A DNA stretch of 64,000 nucleotides from Rhodothermales bacterium (GTDB lineage: Bacteria > Bacteroidota > Rhodothermia > Rhodothermales > Bin80), in NCBI GenBank assembly GCA_965207385.1, contig CBDBLZ010000020.1:288932-352931 (forward strand), written 5' to 3'. Each line of letters opens with the position of its first letter. Positions within the stretch are counted from its first letter, which is position 1. The notes under the pieces were generated by a model that had not been told where the DNA came from, did not search any database, and was given only the letters and a program-made list of their open reading frames with translations. Positions 29,668 to 39,255 of this stretch are shown here, piece by piece. The position numbers and the translations under genes were made by a program.

Positions 29668-31050
29668 ATGGCCTACGAGCTGTACGAAGTACTCGATACG
29701 GTCCGGATGACCGAATCCGAGAACTTCGACATCCGCGCCGCCACGCTTGGAATCTCGCTGCTGGATTGCGCGAGCTCGCATGCAGGGCACGTTAGCTCCC
29801 GGGCTTGCGAGAAGATCCGGCGGGTGGCCGGGCACCACGTCGCTGTATCAGAGGAAGTGGAGTCCCTCTTTGGCGTCAGTATTGCCAACAAGCGCGTGGC
29901 CGTTACACCCGTCAGTCTCATAGCCGCGGGACTCGATGCCCGGGGATACATGCGGCTGGCGGCCGCGCTTGACGGCGCCGCCGCCGACATCGGCCTCGAT
30001 TTTCTGGCGGGGTTTTCTGCGCTCGTGGAGCGTGGCATGACCCGAGGCGATCTTGCCTACATGGAGGCCCTGCCGGAGGCACTTGCATCAACCAGGCATC
30101 TTTGTGCGTCCGTCAACTGCGCCTCGACGAGCGCCGGGATAAACGCCGACGCCGTGCTCCGGATGGCGCGAGTAATCAGGAAAGCGGCCGGGCTTACGGC
30201 CCACAGCGACTCATCTGCGTGCACGCGCCTTGTCACTTTCTGCAATGCCGTTGCCGACAATCCGTTCATTGCCGGTGCGTTTCACGGACCGGCATGCGGC
30301 GAAGCGGTTCTGAATGTCGGCATTTCGGGGCCGGGCGTAGTGCTGCGCGCTGTGCGCGACCTGCAGGAGGCCCGTGACCTGGCAACCGTGTGCGAGGCGG
30401 TCAAGCGAACGGCTTTCAAGATCACGAGAGCGGGCGAACTCATTGGTCGCCAGGTGGCGGCACGGCTTACGCAGCGCGCGGGCGTACAGATTGACTTCGG
30501 CATCGTGGATGTGTCGCTGGCGCCGACACCCGCAACCGGCGATTCAGTCGGAGAAATACTCATGGCCATGGGCCTGGAAGAGATCGGCTCGCCGGGAACG
30601 ACCGCCGCACTCGCCATGCTGACCGACTCCGTCAAGAAGGGCGGCACCATGGCGTCCAGCCGGACCGGAGGATTGAGCGGTGCCTTCATTCCAGTCTCGG
30701 AAGATGCCACCCTTGCCAGTGCAGCGGAGCGGGGACACCTGGGCCTCGAAAAGCTGGAGGCGATGACGGCGGTCTGCTCCGTGGGACTGGACATGATTGC
30801 CCTGCCGGGCGACACGCCTGCGGAAACACTCGCAGGCATTATGCTGGACGAGTTTGCCATCGGCATGATGAATAACAAGACCACCGCATGCCGGCTCATA
30901 CCCGTCGCGGGCAAGGAAGCCGGCGAATATGCCGAATGGGGCGGCTTACTCGGGCGGGCACCCGTTATCGAGCCCAGAGCATCTGCCTGCGCGAGACTGG
31001 TCAGGCGCGGCGGCCAGATTCCCGCTCCCGTGCGGAGCCTGACGAATTGA
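29668..31050 (+). CDS. PFL-like UPF0210 family protein (DUF711)
   Basis: 460 aa. The N-terminus is ..VLDTVRMTESENFDIRAATLGISLLDC and the C-terminus is ..GGQIPAPVRSLTN, as I recall for UPF0210. The conserved partnership with an ACT/UPF0237 gene is present. Confidence 0.82.
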   Translation: MAYELYEVLDTVRMTESENFDIRAATLGISLLDCASSHAGHVSSRACEKIRRVAGHHVAVSEEVESLFGVSIANKRVAVTPVSLIAAGLDARGYMRLAAALDGAAADIGLDFLAGFSALVERGMTRGDLAYMEALPEALASTRHLCASVNCASTSAGINADAVLRMARVIRKAAGLTAHSDSSACTRLVTFCNAVADNPFIAGAFHGPACGEAVLNVGISGPGVVLRAVRDLQEARDLATVCEAVKRTAFKITRAGELIGRQVAARLTQRAGVQIDFGIVDVSLAPTPATGDSVGEILMAMGLEEIGSPGTTAALAMLTDSVKKGGTMASSRTGGLSGAFIPVSEDATLASAAERGHLGLEKLEAMTAVCSVGLDMIALPGDTPAETLAGIMLDEFAIGMMNNKTTACRLIPVAGKEAGEYAEWGGLLGRAPVIEPRASACARLVRRGGQIPAPVRSLTN

Positions 31051-31062
31051 CCACGGGACTGT

Positions 31063-31087
31063 GTGCGAGCGCCAGGCGCGCTCGCAC
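31063..31087 (+). terminator. GC-rich hairpin just downstream of the UPF0210 gene (possible intrinsic terminator, no U-tract)
   Basis: GTGCGAGCGC (31063-31072), loop CAGGC, GCGCTCGCAC (31078-31087): a perfect 10-bp stem 13 nt after the stop codon. It is followed by GCTATACCC, so it is not a canonical U-tail. Confidence 0.4.
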
Positions 31088-31487
31088 GCTATACCCTGGA
31101 AGCAGCCTGCCACCGGGCCCCAGGCTCGAAAGCCCGGATTCCTTCAGGAGTCTTGCCAGGCGTGTGAGCGCGATCCGAGGGCGCAGCCGGCCTGCATGGG
31201 AGCAGACCTGGCCACGGTACCTGCCTTGAGCCACGTGCTCCGACACCTGCGCGGGAGCGCGCTGCGGCGCCGATCTGCTGTTTGCGTGCGCGGCGCTGAC
31301 AGCCGCCAAGGCCCTGGAGTGCGGCACGCTCCGCACGACCGTTGCTGCCGGGTCGTGCACCAGATCCGTGCTGCAATCCGTGCCCCTATGTGCGGCAAGC
31401 ATGACAACCGTGCCCGCAATGCCGGTCTTCGATGCCAAGCGGTCCCGCGCACGCGCTGAGTCCCACCCTTGGGCCAAGGCACGTTCG

Positions 31488-32462
31488 CTAGCCCACTACC
31501 AGCACGATCTTGCCGATGTTGCGGCACTGCCGCATGTGCTCATGTGCCGCCTCCACATCCTCCAGATCAAATTCCGAGTCAATCACCGGGCGCAGGCGCC
31601 CGGTGCGAAATAGTGCCAGCTTGTCTTTGGCAAAGCTCTGCGTCAGCGAAATCTTGTATTCCAGGGTACGGTTGCGCAGTGTGGTTGCCACAAGACGGGC
31701 GCGCTTCCTGAACAGCGTCCGAAGATTGAGACCGGCCACGTCCGCCCCCGCAAGCGTGGAAAGAAGTACGAACCGGCCATCCAGGGCCAGCGACCGGAGG
31801 TTCTGCTCAAAGTACGGAGCCCCTATGCAGTCCACGATCAGGTCCACTCCCCTGCCTTCCGTTGCCCGGAGCACTTCCTCCGCAAAATCCTGGCTCTTGT
31901 AATCTATGGCCATCGCCGCCCCCAGGTCCAGGCACGCTGCGTGCTTGCCGCCCGAGGCCGTTACGTACATCTGAGCACCGGCATGCGTGGCCAGCTGAAT
32001 GGCTGCCGTTCCTACGCCGCTGGCGCCGGCATGAAAGAGCACGGTCTCGCCGGAGTCCAGGCCACCCAGCGAGAAAAGCACCTGGTATGCCGTCAAAAAG
32101 ACTTCCGGAATCGCGGCCCCTTCCAGGAAGGTGAGATTGGCAGGCATGGGCATTGCCATGTCTTCATGCAGGACCGCATACTCCGCATAGCCGCCTCCTG
32201 GCAAGAGCCCCATTACCGCGTCTCCCCGCTTCCATCGCGTGACGGCCGAGCCTACGCTCTCCACGACTCCCGCCATTTCCAGGCCCAGGACCGGGCTGGC
32301 TCCGGGCGGAGGAGGGTGCTTTCCTTTCCGCTGAAGAAGGTCTGCGCGATTCAGGGCCGTCGCCTGTACGCTGACGCGTATCTGGCGCGGTCTTGGCTCG
32401 GGCACCAGCACGTCTCGCAGCAGAAGGTTGCCCGCAGTATCACAGAGTACAGCTCGCATCAC
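31488..32462 (-). CDS. NAD(P)H:quinone oxidoreductase, zinc-independent MDR family (PIG3/Qor-like)
   Basis: 324 aa with IRVSVQATALNRADLLQRKGKHPPPPGASPVLGLEMAGVV, GGYAEY and the Rossmann motif HAGASGVGTAAIQLA. Confidence 0.85.
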   Translation of the reverse strand: MMRAVLCDTAGNLLLRDVLVPEPRPRQIRVSVQATALNRADLLQRKGKHPPPPGASPVLGLEMAGVVESVGSAVTRWKRGDAVMGLLPGGGYAEYAVLHEDMAMPMPANLTFLEGAAIPEVFLTAYQVLFSLGGLDSGETVLFHAGASGVGTAAIQLATHAGAQMYVTASGGKHAACLDLGAAMAIDYKSQDFAEEVLRATEGRGVDLIVDCIGAPYFEQNLRSLALDGRFVLLSTLAGADVAGLNLRTLFRKRARLVATTLRNRTLEYKISLTQSFAKDKLALFRTGRLRPVIDSEFDLEDVEAAHEHMRQCRNIGKIVLVVG

Positions 32463-32550
32463 GTCCCGGCACTTGCGAAAGACAGGAGTTGGCCTCCCGG
32501 CGCTCTGAACTGGCCAATGAACGATTACCCGGAACTATCGTTCGAATCCC

Positions 32551-33648
32551 ATGGCAACGGCGGCAACGACGGACGCGATCAAGGTGGCGCTTCCTCACGG
32601 GCGCCACTACTACCTGCATTTCGCCGCGCTTTCGGCTTTGCCCAGGCTCATGCAGGAGCGCGGTTTGCGCCGTGGACCGTGCCTGGTGGTCACCGACAAC
32701 CTGGTTGCAGACCATTACTTGTCCGGACTGGTGCAGTCGCTTGCTGCAGGCGGATGGCAGCCGCACGCGATCGTTGTTGCGCCCGGCGAAGTTTCGAAGG
32801 ACCTGGCTGTCCTTCAGCACCTATACGATGAGGCGTTGGGTCAGGGCATCGACCGGAAGACTCCGATTGTAGCTCTCGGCGGCGGCGTTGTCGGAGACCT
32901 GGCGGGGTTTGCTGCGGCAACATTGCTCAGGGGCCTGCCTTTGGTGCAGGCCCCGACCACGCTTGTCGCTCAGGTAGACAGTGCCATTGGCGGCAAGACG
33001 GGAGTAAACCACACAGTAGGCAAGAACCTGGTCGGCGCCTTCTATCAGCCCGCGCTGACCTGCGCCGACCCCTCCACGCTGGAATCCCTGACAGATCTCG
33101 ACTGGGCAAGCGGGCTCGCGGAGGTCGTCAAGCATGCGCTTATCGCGGACCCAGCATTTGTCGCTTTTCTGGAGCATCACTGGTCCTCTATCCTTTCCCG
33201 GGATCCCGATTCCATTCAAGCCATCGTGCCCTGGGCAGCCTCCATCAAGGCCCGGATCGTCGCAGAAGACGAGCGCGAAGACGGCAGGCGAGCCATACTG
33301 AATTTCGGGCACACATTCGGACACGCCATTGAGCACGTTGCCGGCTACGGATACTTTAGCCATGGGGAAGCTGTTGCGCTTGGCATGCGTGCTGCACTGA
33401 AGCTCTCGCACCTGCTCCACGGCGACTTTCAGATTGAGCGGGCCCTTGAACTCGTGCGGCGCATTCCCGTGCGCGCATCGCTGTCATCCTATTCCGTCAC
33501 CCGGCTCATGGATGCCATGCGCTCGGACAAGAAGGTGCTGGCCGGTCGGCAGCGGCTGATTGTCCTGCGCGACATCGGACAGGCTTACGTCAGCGCCGAC
33601 GCAAGCGCTGCGGAAATCCGAATTGCCTGGGACTGGGCCCGTGCCTAG
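32551..33648 (+). CDS. aroB: 3-dehydroquinate synthase
   Basis: ALGGGVVGDLAGFAAATLLRGLPLVQAPTTLVAQVDSAIGGKTGVNH, ILNFGHTFGHAIE and HGEAVALGM. Confidence 0.92.
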   Translation: MATAATTDAIKVALPHGRHYYLHFAALSALPRLMQERGLRRGPCLVVTDNLVADHYLSGLVQSLAAGGWQPHAIVVAPGEVSKDLAVLQHLYDEALGQGIDRKTPIVALGGGVVGDLAGFAAATLLRGLPLVQAPTTLVAQVDSAIGGKTGVNHTVGKNLVGAFYQPALTCADPSTLESLTDLDWASGLAEVVKHALIADPAFVAFLEHHWSSILSRDPDSIQAIVPWAASIKARIVAEDEREDGRRAILNFGHTFGHAIEHVAGYGYFSHGEAVALGMRAALKLSHLLHGDFQIERALELVRRIPVRASLSSYSVTRLMDAMRSDKKVLAGRQRLIVLRDIGQAYVSADASAAEIRIAWDWARA

Positions 33649-36600
33649 GCTGCTGCGCCGTTCCCCCAATGCCGATTCCATAGCCGTGTCCCGCACGAAG
33701 CAAATCGCCCGGGTTGCCCTGTATGCGAGCGCAGGCCTTCTCGGTGCAGGCGTGCTACTGGTATTCGCCCTCACCAGAACCGAATTCGGCAGGGAGGCGC
33801 TTCGCCAGGAGATTGTCCGCAGTTACGCAAACCGCTACGAGGGCCGACTGCATATCGAAGCCTTGCAGGGCAATTTCCGGCAACAGATTCTCGCCAGCGA
33901 TGTCCGGCTATTAGATCGCAGTGGCAATCCGTGGCTAACAGTGGATTCCCTGGTCACCAGACCCCGCTGGTGGTCCCTTGTCAGAGGCAGGTTTTCGATC
34001 CGGTCCCTGGAAGCGATTCGGCCCGCGTTGGTGCTGCGCACGGACAGCGCTGGAAGCGTCAGTTCTCCCCTGGTGCGCCGACAGGCATCGGGAGGCGCTG
34101 CAGGCACCTGGACGCCGGACCGAATCGAAGTGCAACTCGCAGACGGGACCGTCCGGATGCATCGAATCGGGATTGGCCCGTCGCAGGCCCTTGACAGTCT
34201 GCATGTCCAGGCCGTGTATCACCGCAACCAGGTTTCGAACCTCCTTGATGTCGTGAGTTTCTCGGGACGTCTGCCTGAGATGCCTCTAACCATACACGAT
34301 GCGTCTGCACAATTGGTTACCAACAGGGACCGGATCGTCTTTAACCGCCTCGTAGTGGCTGCAGATCAGGGCAACCTCGACCTGACGGGAATAGTCAGCG
34401 ACTACCGGGAACCGGATTCCCTTTCCATGGACCTGTCACTGCATGTCCGGCAATTGGAGCTCCGCGCCCTGCGCAAGCATATTCCGACGCTCGCGCTGGC
34501 TGATACCCTCGACGGGGCCGTAACAGTCCGTGGCAATGCGTCCCGTCTGACAGCCGATAACCTTCTGCTGGCGTTTGGCACCAGTTCGCTGGTAGGGAAC
34601 GGGAATCTGCTCTTGAACGGAGACTCCCTGGGTTTGCAACTCAATGTGCGCGAGGCACTCTTGCGTGCCTCCGACATCCGTGCGCTGCTGCCCGAGGCAC
34701 GGCTGCCGGAAGCACGGCACCTCGGAATGCTACGACTTCAAGGTGCCGTACAGACGGTCCACACGCCGCAGGCAATCAGGATCCGCACTTCGTTCGATCT
34801 GGAAAGCGAAGGGGGCAGCGCTTCGGGGACGGCGTCCATCGGCCGGCCAGCCGGCGGGCAGTGGGCCTACACGGGCTCTGTGCAGACAAGCGCCCTGGAC
34901 TTCGGCTTTTTTTCCGGCGATACAGCTCTGGAGAGCCGTATTGATGGAAGCTTCAGCCTGGAAGGATCCGGCCTGGGTTTGCACGAACTCGAGGCTTCCA
35001 TCGGAGCAGAACTTGGGCCTTCCAGCCTGGCTCGCAGGCCGTTGGACGGGATGCGTGCGGACGTGACCCTGCGGGGCCGCACCGGCCGGACAGAGGTACA
35101 GGTGTGGAAAGAGGATCAATTCATCGATCTGGCTGCAGACTTCGATTGGACCGGTCAGCGGCCGTCCGTCAACGTTGATTCGCGCATGCGAAACGTAGAC
35201 GTGGGCAGTATCCTGTTTTCAGACTCCCTCTACTCTAGCCTGAACGGCACATGGCATATGTCGGGCTCCGGTCTTCCCGGGCAGGATTTGCAGGGGCGCC
35301 TCTCCCTGCAAGTGGACTCTTCCTCCATGGGCTGGGGCGGTACACGGAGAACCGTCGCGCCGCATGAGTGGATGCTGGCTTTGGGCAGGAGTGCGAATGG
35401 AGGGTTTGCACTGGACGTTGATGGCGATGCCCTTGCCATGCGCCTGGAGAGCAGTCACAGCTTCCGCATCGACGGATCTCTTGCGGCTCTCTGGAGGGTT
35501 GCGCTTGCAGATGCGCTCCAAAGGCAACAAGACAAATATCGGATCGGGCCCGAAGGCCACAGCCATGTGGCCTGGCCGCCCCTTGAGCAGCTGATCTTGC
35601 AGGGTGAGGCAGCCGCCATGCTGGCTGGCTCGGCTGCCCGGGGCCCCGTGAAGATGGAGGGATCGCTCGCGATCAAGCAATCCGAGATTGTCAGCAGCTG
35701 GTTGCCCATGACAGCTTCCTTCGCAACCGACTTTGTAGGCGCGCTTTCTGTCCAGGCAGATGCCGACAGCCTGGCCTTCAGAGCGACAGCCTCGGCTGAT
35801 TCCATCCTCTGGCGTACAACGCAGGTTGCCGGCCTAAAGGCAGCCGCTGACGGGCGCCTCACCCTGGAGGGACCCCTGGAGCATACGGTGACGGCAGAAA
35901 TCGACGCCGAAGCCGATCATTGGCACGTCCGTGGACCGGCTCTTGAGGGCCTTCGGGTCACGGCTTCGCTGGAGGATGCGGCAGCGGACGTAGCCCTTTC
36001 CACGGAAGGAGCGGTCACCGCGCGGGTCCAGGCAAGACTAATGGAGATGGGAGACCGCTACCGTCTGCGTTTCGGCCAGCTGGCCTTTTCATCCGGCGCA
36101 TACCGATGGAATCAGGCTGAGGATGCCATCATCGACGTATTTGCCGATGCCCTGGAATTTGTTCAGTTCCGTCTGGAGAGCGCAGCATCGCACGGAATGC
36201 GACCCCAAGGCGTCGACGTGACCGGCGTTCTTTCTTCGTCCGTAGAGGACACGCTAAGCGTGGGAATTCGGTCTCTGGCGCTGCGCCAGCTGTCGGATTT
36301 TGTGGAGGCTCGACGGAGCTTCGGAGGCACGCTCGATGGGCGTCTCCGGTGGACAGGCCTGGAGCGCCCCGAGGTATCCGGCGACGTAGTGGTAACCGAC
36401 TTGCGGCTGGAGAATCATGTCCTGGGACGACTGGAAGCCAGCAGCCGCTTCGACCCGGGGAGCCCGGATATTGCCGTTGTGGCATCGCTCGGTCCCGCGC
36501 CGGGCGAGAACTCAGGGGAAGGCGACACGCTTCGCTTCGTCGAGAACAATCTGACGATTGCCGGGACGGTCCGTCTTCCGGGCCGCGATAATGACGGTGC

Positions 36601-38260
36601 CCTGGACCTGGATCTGGATGTGAGGCGCGCCGATGCGTTCTTCTTCGAATACCTGGTCCGCGGTTTTCATGACGTATCGGGCGCCTTTGTAGGCGGAGGC
36701 ACCATCGGAGGTACTTTTGGATATCCGGTCTTTGATGCCGGACTGACACTGCGGGAAGGCAGCTTCCGCATTCCGGATCACGGGATGCGCTACGCGGCCG
36801 AGGCAGACACCCGAATTACACGCGAAGGCATTGCGATTGACAGGCTCGCACTCTCTGACTCGACAGGCGGCAGAGCCGAGATTGCCGGGATGATGCACTT
36901 CAACGACTATCGCTATTTCTCATTCGATGTCGCGGGAAACCTGGATGAATTGCAGATCATGAACATCGATGCGTTCACGCGCCAGATCCCGTTCTACGGT
37001 CTGATATGGGTTTCCGGGGATGCTACGCTGACAGGTCCCCTCAATAATGCATTCCTGCGCTCCGTAAACCTGCAATTCCTGCCTCGCAGCGACTTGTACA
37101 TTCCGATCGTAGAGGCAGACGCGGCCGTGGATCCGGGCTTCATTATCTACGCCGATTCCACGGGTCGAATCCCCGAGACCGCCATCCGGCCGCAACGGGA
37201 AACCATCCTGGACAGGCGTCAGGAAGGCGAACGGGACTTCGCCGCAGGCCTCCAGATGGACCTTAATATCCTGGCACCTGAGGGCTCCTCCATCCATCTG
37301 GTGATTGATCCGCTGCTCGGTGATGTCATCAACGGCACGGGCAGCGGCCGTGTGCAGCTGCAACTGCGTGAAGGAGACCTGGCCACGTACGGCATCTTTG
37401 CCGTGGAATCCGGCGATTACCTTTTTACGGCCGGAGAGCTCTTCGTGCGCCGCTTCCTAATAAACGAAGGAACGATTGCGTGGACCGGCGATCCCCTTAA
37501 CCCGCAACTCGACATCAGCGCCGATTACCGAACGCGCGCGTCCAGGAACGGACTTCCGGCAGAGGTGGGCGGAGCGTTGCAGACCAGCCTGCCGCTCATC
37601 GTGGGCCTGCAGATCTCCGGCGAGCTCAACGCTGTACAGATTGCGCCGAGCCTGGCCGTGGACCAGCGCCAGGAGGCCATCAGCGATACTCCGCTTCTGG
37701 AGGCGTACCTGAATCAGCCCGACCGGGCTGCACAACATGCCACCAGCGTCCTGATAACCAATTCCTTTCTGCTCTCTGCGGAAGGTGGCAGCAGTGATGT
37801 CCTTGCCGGATCGGCCTTTAACAGTGTTTCGAATCTGGTGGCCAGTCAGCTCAACCGCTACATCAGCCAGGTCATACCCAATGCCGATCTAACGCTCGGG
37901 GTGCTGAGTGATGAATCAGCGGAAGAACTTGATGTCTCCGCCGGCATCGCGCTCCGGCTCCTGGACGAGCGCCTGGTCATCCGGGGCCAGGGCGTGTACC
38001 GAGGACTCCGGAGCCAGCCGGAAGCACCGGTCAACGAAGGACTGGAGGGCGAACTGCTCGTGGAAATACAGCTTTCTCCGAGCATTTCGGTCGAGGTCTT
38101 CTATCGGCGGGAGGGTGACGTTCTGAGCGAAACCCTCATAACAAGCGAAACCGGTGCGGGAATCAATTACCACGCCGAGTTCACCAGCTGGAGATCGCTG
38201 ATCAGGCGAATATTCGGGCGCAGAAGAGCGGACGAGGAAGGAGCTCTTGGCACCCGCTGA
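33641..38260 (+). CDS. tamB: TamB-like translocation and assembly module protein (AsmA-like, C-terminal DUF490)
   Basis: An ORF of about 1540 aa. GTG 33641 (8-nt overlap with the aroB stop) gives an N-terminal anchor ARVALYASAGLLGAGVLLVFAL. A long beta-rich repetitive body follows, with a C-terminal segment ..LDISADYRT...GELLVEIQLSPSISVEVFYRREGD typical of TamB/DUF490. The track start at 33560 would overlap aroB by 89 nt. Confidence 0.8.
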   Translation: MPRLLRRSPNADSIAVSRTKQIARVALYASAGLLGAGVLLVFALTRTEFGREALRQEIVRSYANRYEGRLHIEALQGNFRQQILASDVRLLDRSGNPWLTVDSLVTRPRWWSLVRGRFSIRSLEAIRPALVLRTDSAGSVSSPLVRRQASGGAAGTWTPDRIEVQLADGTVRMHRIGIGPSQALDSLHVQAVYHRNQVSNLLDVVSFSGRLPEMPLTIHDASAQLVTNRDRIVFNRLVVAADQGNLDLTGIVSDYREPDSLSMDLSLHVRQLELRALRKHIPTLALADTLDGAVTVRGNASRLTADNLLLAFGTSSLVGNGNLLLNGDSLGLQLNVREALLRASDIRALLPEARLPEARHLGMLRLQGAVQTVHTPQAIRIRTSFDLESEGGSASGTASIGRPAGGQWAYTGSVQTSALDFGFFSGDTALESRIDGSFSLEGSGLGLHELEASIGAELGPSSLARRPLDGMRADVTLRGRTGRTEVQVWKEDQFIDLAADFDWTGQRPSVNVDSRMRNVDVGSILFSDSLYSSLNGTWHMSGSGLPGQDLQGRLSLQVDSSSMGWGGTRRTVAPHEWMLALGRSANGGFALDVDGDALAMRLESSHSFRIDGSLAALWRVALADALQRQQDKYRIGPEGHSHVAWPPLEQLILQGEAAAMLAGSAARGPVKMEGSLAIKQSEIVSSWLPMTASFATDFVGALSVQADADSLAFRATASADSILWRTTQVAGLKAAADGRLTLEGPLEHTVTAEIDAEADHWHVRGPALEGLRVTASLEDAAADVALSTEGAVTARVQARLMEMGDRYRLRFGQLAFSSGAYRWNQAEDAIIDVFADALEFVQFRLESAASHGMRPQGVDVTGVLSSSVEDTLSVGIRSLALRQLSDFVEARRSFGGTLDGRLRWTGLERPEVSGDVVVTDLRLENHVLGRLEASSRFDPGSPDIAVVASLGPAPGENSGEGDTLRFVENNLTIAGTVRLPGRDNDGALDLDLDVRRADAFFFEYLVRGFHDVSGAFVGGGTIGGTFGYPVFDAGLTLREGSFRIPDHGMRYAAEADTRITREGIAIDRLALSDSTGGRAEIAGMMHFNDYRYFSFDVAGNLDELQIMNIDAFTRQIPFYGLIWVSGDATLTGPLNNAFLRSVNLQFLPRSDLYIPIVEADAAVDPGFIIYADSTGRIPETAIRPQRETILDRRQEGERDFAAGLQMDLNILAPEGSSIHLVIDPLLGDVINGTGSGRVQLQLREGDLATYGIFAVESGDYLFTAGELFVRRFLINEGTIAWTGDPLNPQLDISADYRTRASRNGLPAEVGGALQTSLPLIVGLQISGELNAVQIAPSLAVDQRQEAISDTPLLEAYLNQPDRAAQHATSVLITNSFLLSAEGGSSDVLAGSAFNSVSNLVASQLNRYISQVIPNADLTLGVLSDESAEELDVSAGIALRLLDERLVIRGQGVYRGLRSQPEAPVNEGLEGELLVEIQLSPSISVEVFYRREGDVLSETLITSETGAGINYHAEFTSWRSLIRRIFGRRRADEEGALGTR

Positions 38261-38273
38261 CAGAGCCGGTACA

Positions 38274-38298
38274 GGGGGCCGGCGCAAGTCCGGCCCCC
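38274..38298. terminator. bidirectional stem-loop between convergent genes
   Basis: GGGGGCCGG (38274-38282), loop CGCAAGT, CCGGCCCCC (38290-38298): a perfect 9-bp GC stem followed by TT. It lies between the tamB-like stop (38260) and the stop of the minus-strand gene at 38306. Confidence 0.6.
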
Positions 38299-38305
38299 TT
38301 GCCCG

Positions 38306-38761
38306 CTAGCTGGCTTCCATTACAGGGTCGCGACCGGAGCGGGACTCGTAGAGCTCGCTCAGTACGGACGTGATAAGCTTCCTTCCAGCCTCGGCCTCGG
38401 CCTCGCTTACGCTTCGGGCGAGGTATTCCACCGCCCTGCCGCTGCCGATGGCCTGGAGGGCCGCTATGGCCAACTGCCGATTCGCCTGGCTGGGAGAGCT
38501 ATCGGCGACGCCCCGCAGAACGCGTACGTGGTGCTGCATGCGGATCTTGTCCCGATATAGGGTGGCGAAGACAATGGCGTTCTTGAGCGCCTGCGGTTGC
38601 ACCGCCGCGTCAGCAGCGCCAAGTGAAGCCCCAAGCTGTGCAGAGACCAGCGTCCAGTAGTGATCCCGGACCGGGGAATCTTCCGCCTTGCTCTGCGCCA
38701 GGGCCGGCGCAGCCAGTGACAGCAAGAGCAAGAAAGCAGGTAGTGTTCTTAGGATGTTCAT
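38306..38761 (-). CDS. small secreted hypothetical protein (helical, HEAT-like)
   Basis: Has a signal peptide, MNILRTLPAFLLLLSLAAPALAQ. The rest is helical with an ..AIAALQAIGSGRAVEYLARSV.. HEAT-like segment. I recognise no specific family. Confidence 0.5.
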   Translation of the reverse strand: MNILRTLPAFLLLLSLAAPALAQSKAEDSPVRDHYWTLVSAQLGASLGAADAAVQPQALKNAIVFATLYRDKIRMQHHVRVLRGVADSSPSQANRQLAIAALQAIGSGRAVEYLARSVSEAEAEAGRKLITSVLSELYESRSGRDPVMEAS

Positions 38762-39255
38762 GGCTCCAAAACGAGAATAGGTGAGTGATGGCGTGGATCG
38801 TCTACACCTGCGCTTTACGTAGCCCGGTGGCGACGGTTACACGGTGGCGGGATTTTTTGGAAGCGCTTTCAAGCATCCTTTACCGAGGCCGCGAGTGGCC
38901 GGAATCTGCACGCAACGTTTCACGAGCAATGGGCGAACTCGGCGAGCCGCGCCCGCGGGCCACACGCGTTCGCAAGGCGGAACGTTGGCCGCATCCCGCG
39001 CGCCTGTGGTGGTCATGGCAACGGGCATTCGTCAGCCGCGGGTTCTGGCGGACTGTGCGCTCCGGGCCGAGGCGCCTGCGCGCGAATCTGGGCCCGCAAT
39101 TTGCCAGGTAGGGGCCGCACCGCGAGCCGCGATCCCGCCCAAAACCCGCGAGGGCAGAGCAAGCCTGCACCCCCGGCGGCCAGCGCACACGTAGGCGCGA
39201 AAAAGGCGATCAGCGGAGCGACCTACCAGCTTGCAATAGGCTCCCCCTCAAGACC

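Noticed and set aside
31001-31477. ORF 31001..31477(-), 158 aa, and other ORFs in the 31051-31487 gap. I briefly wondered about an HD-domain-like string (..VVMLAAHRGTD..).
   Set aside because: There is no real HD motif and the composition is Arg/Ala-rich. The ORF overlaps the 3' end of the UPF0210 gene. I left the gap as an unannotated spacer containing the hairpin.
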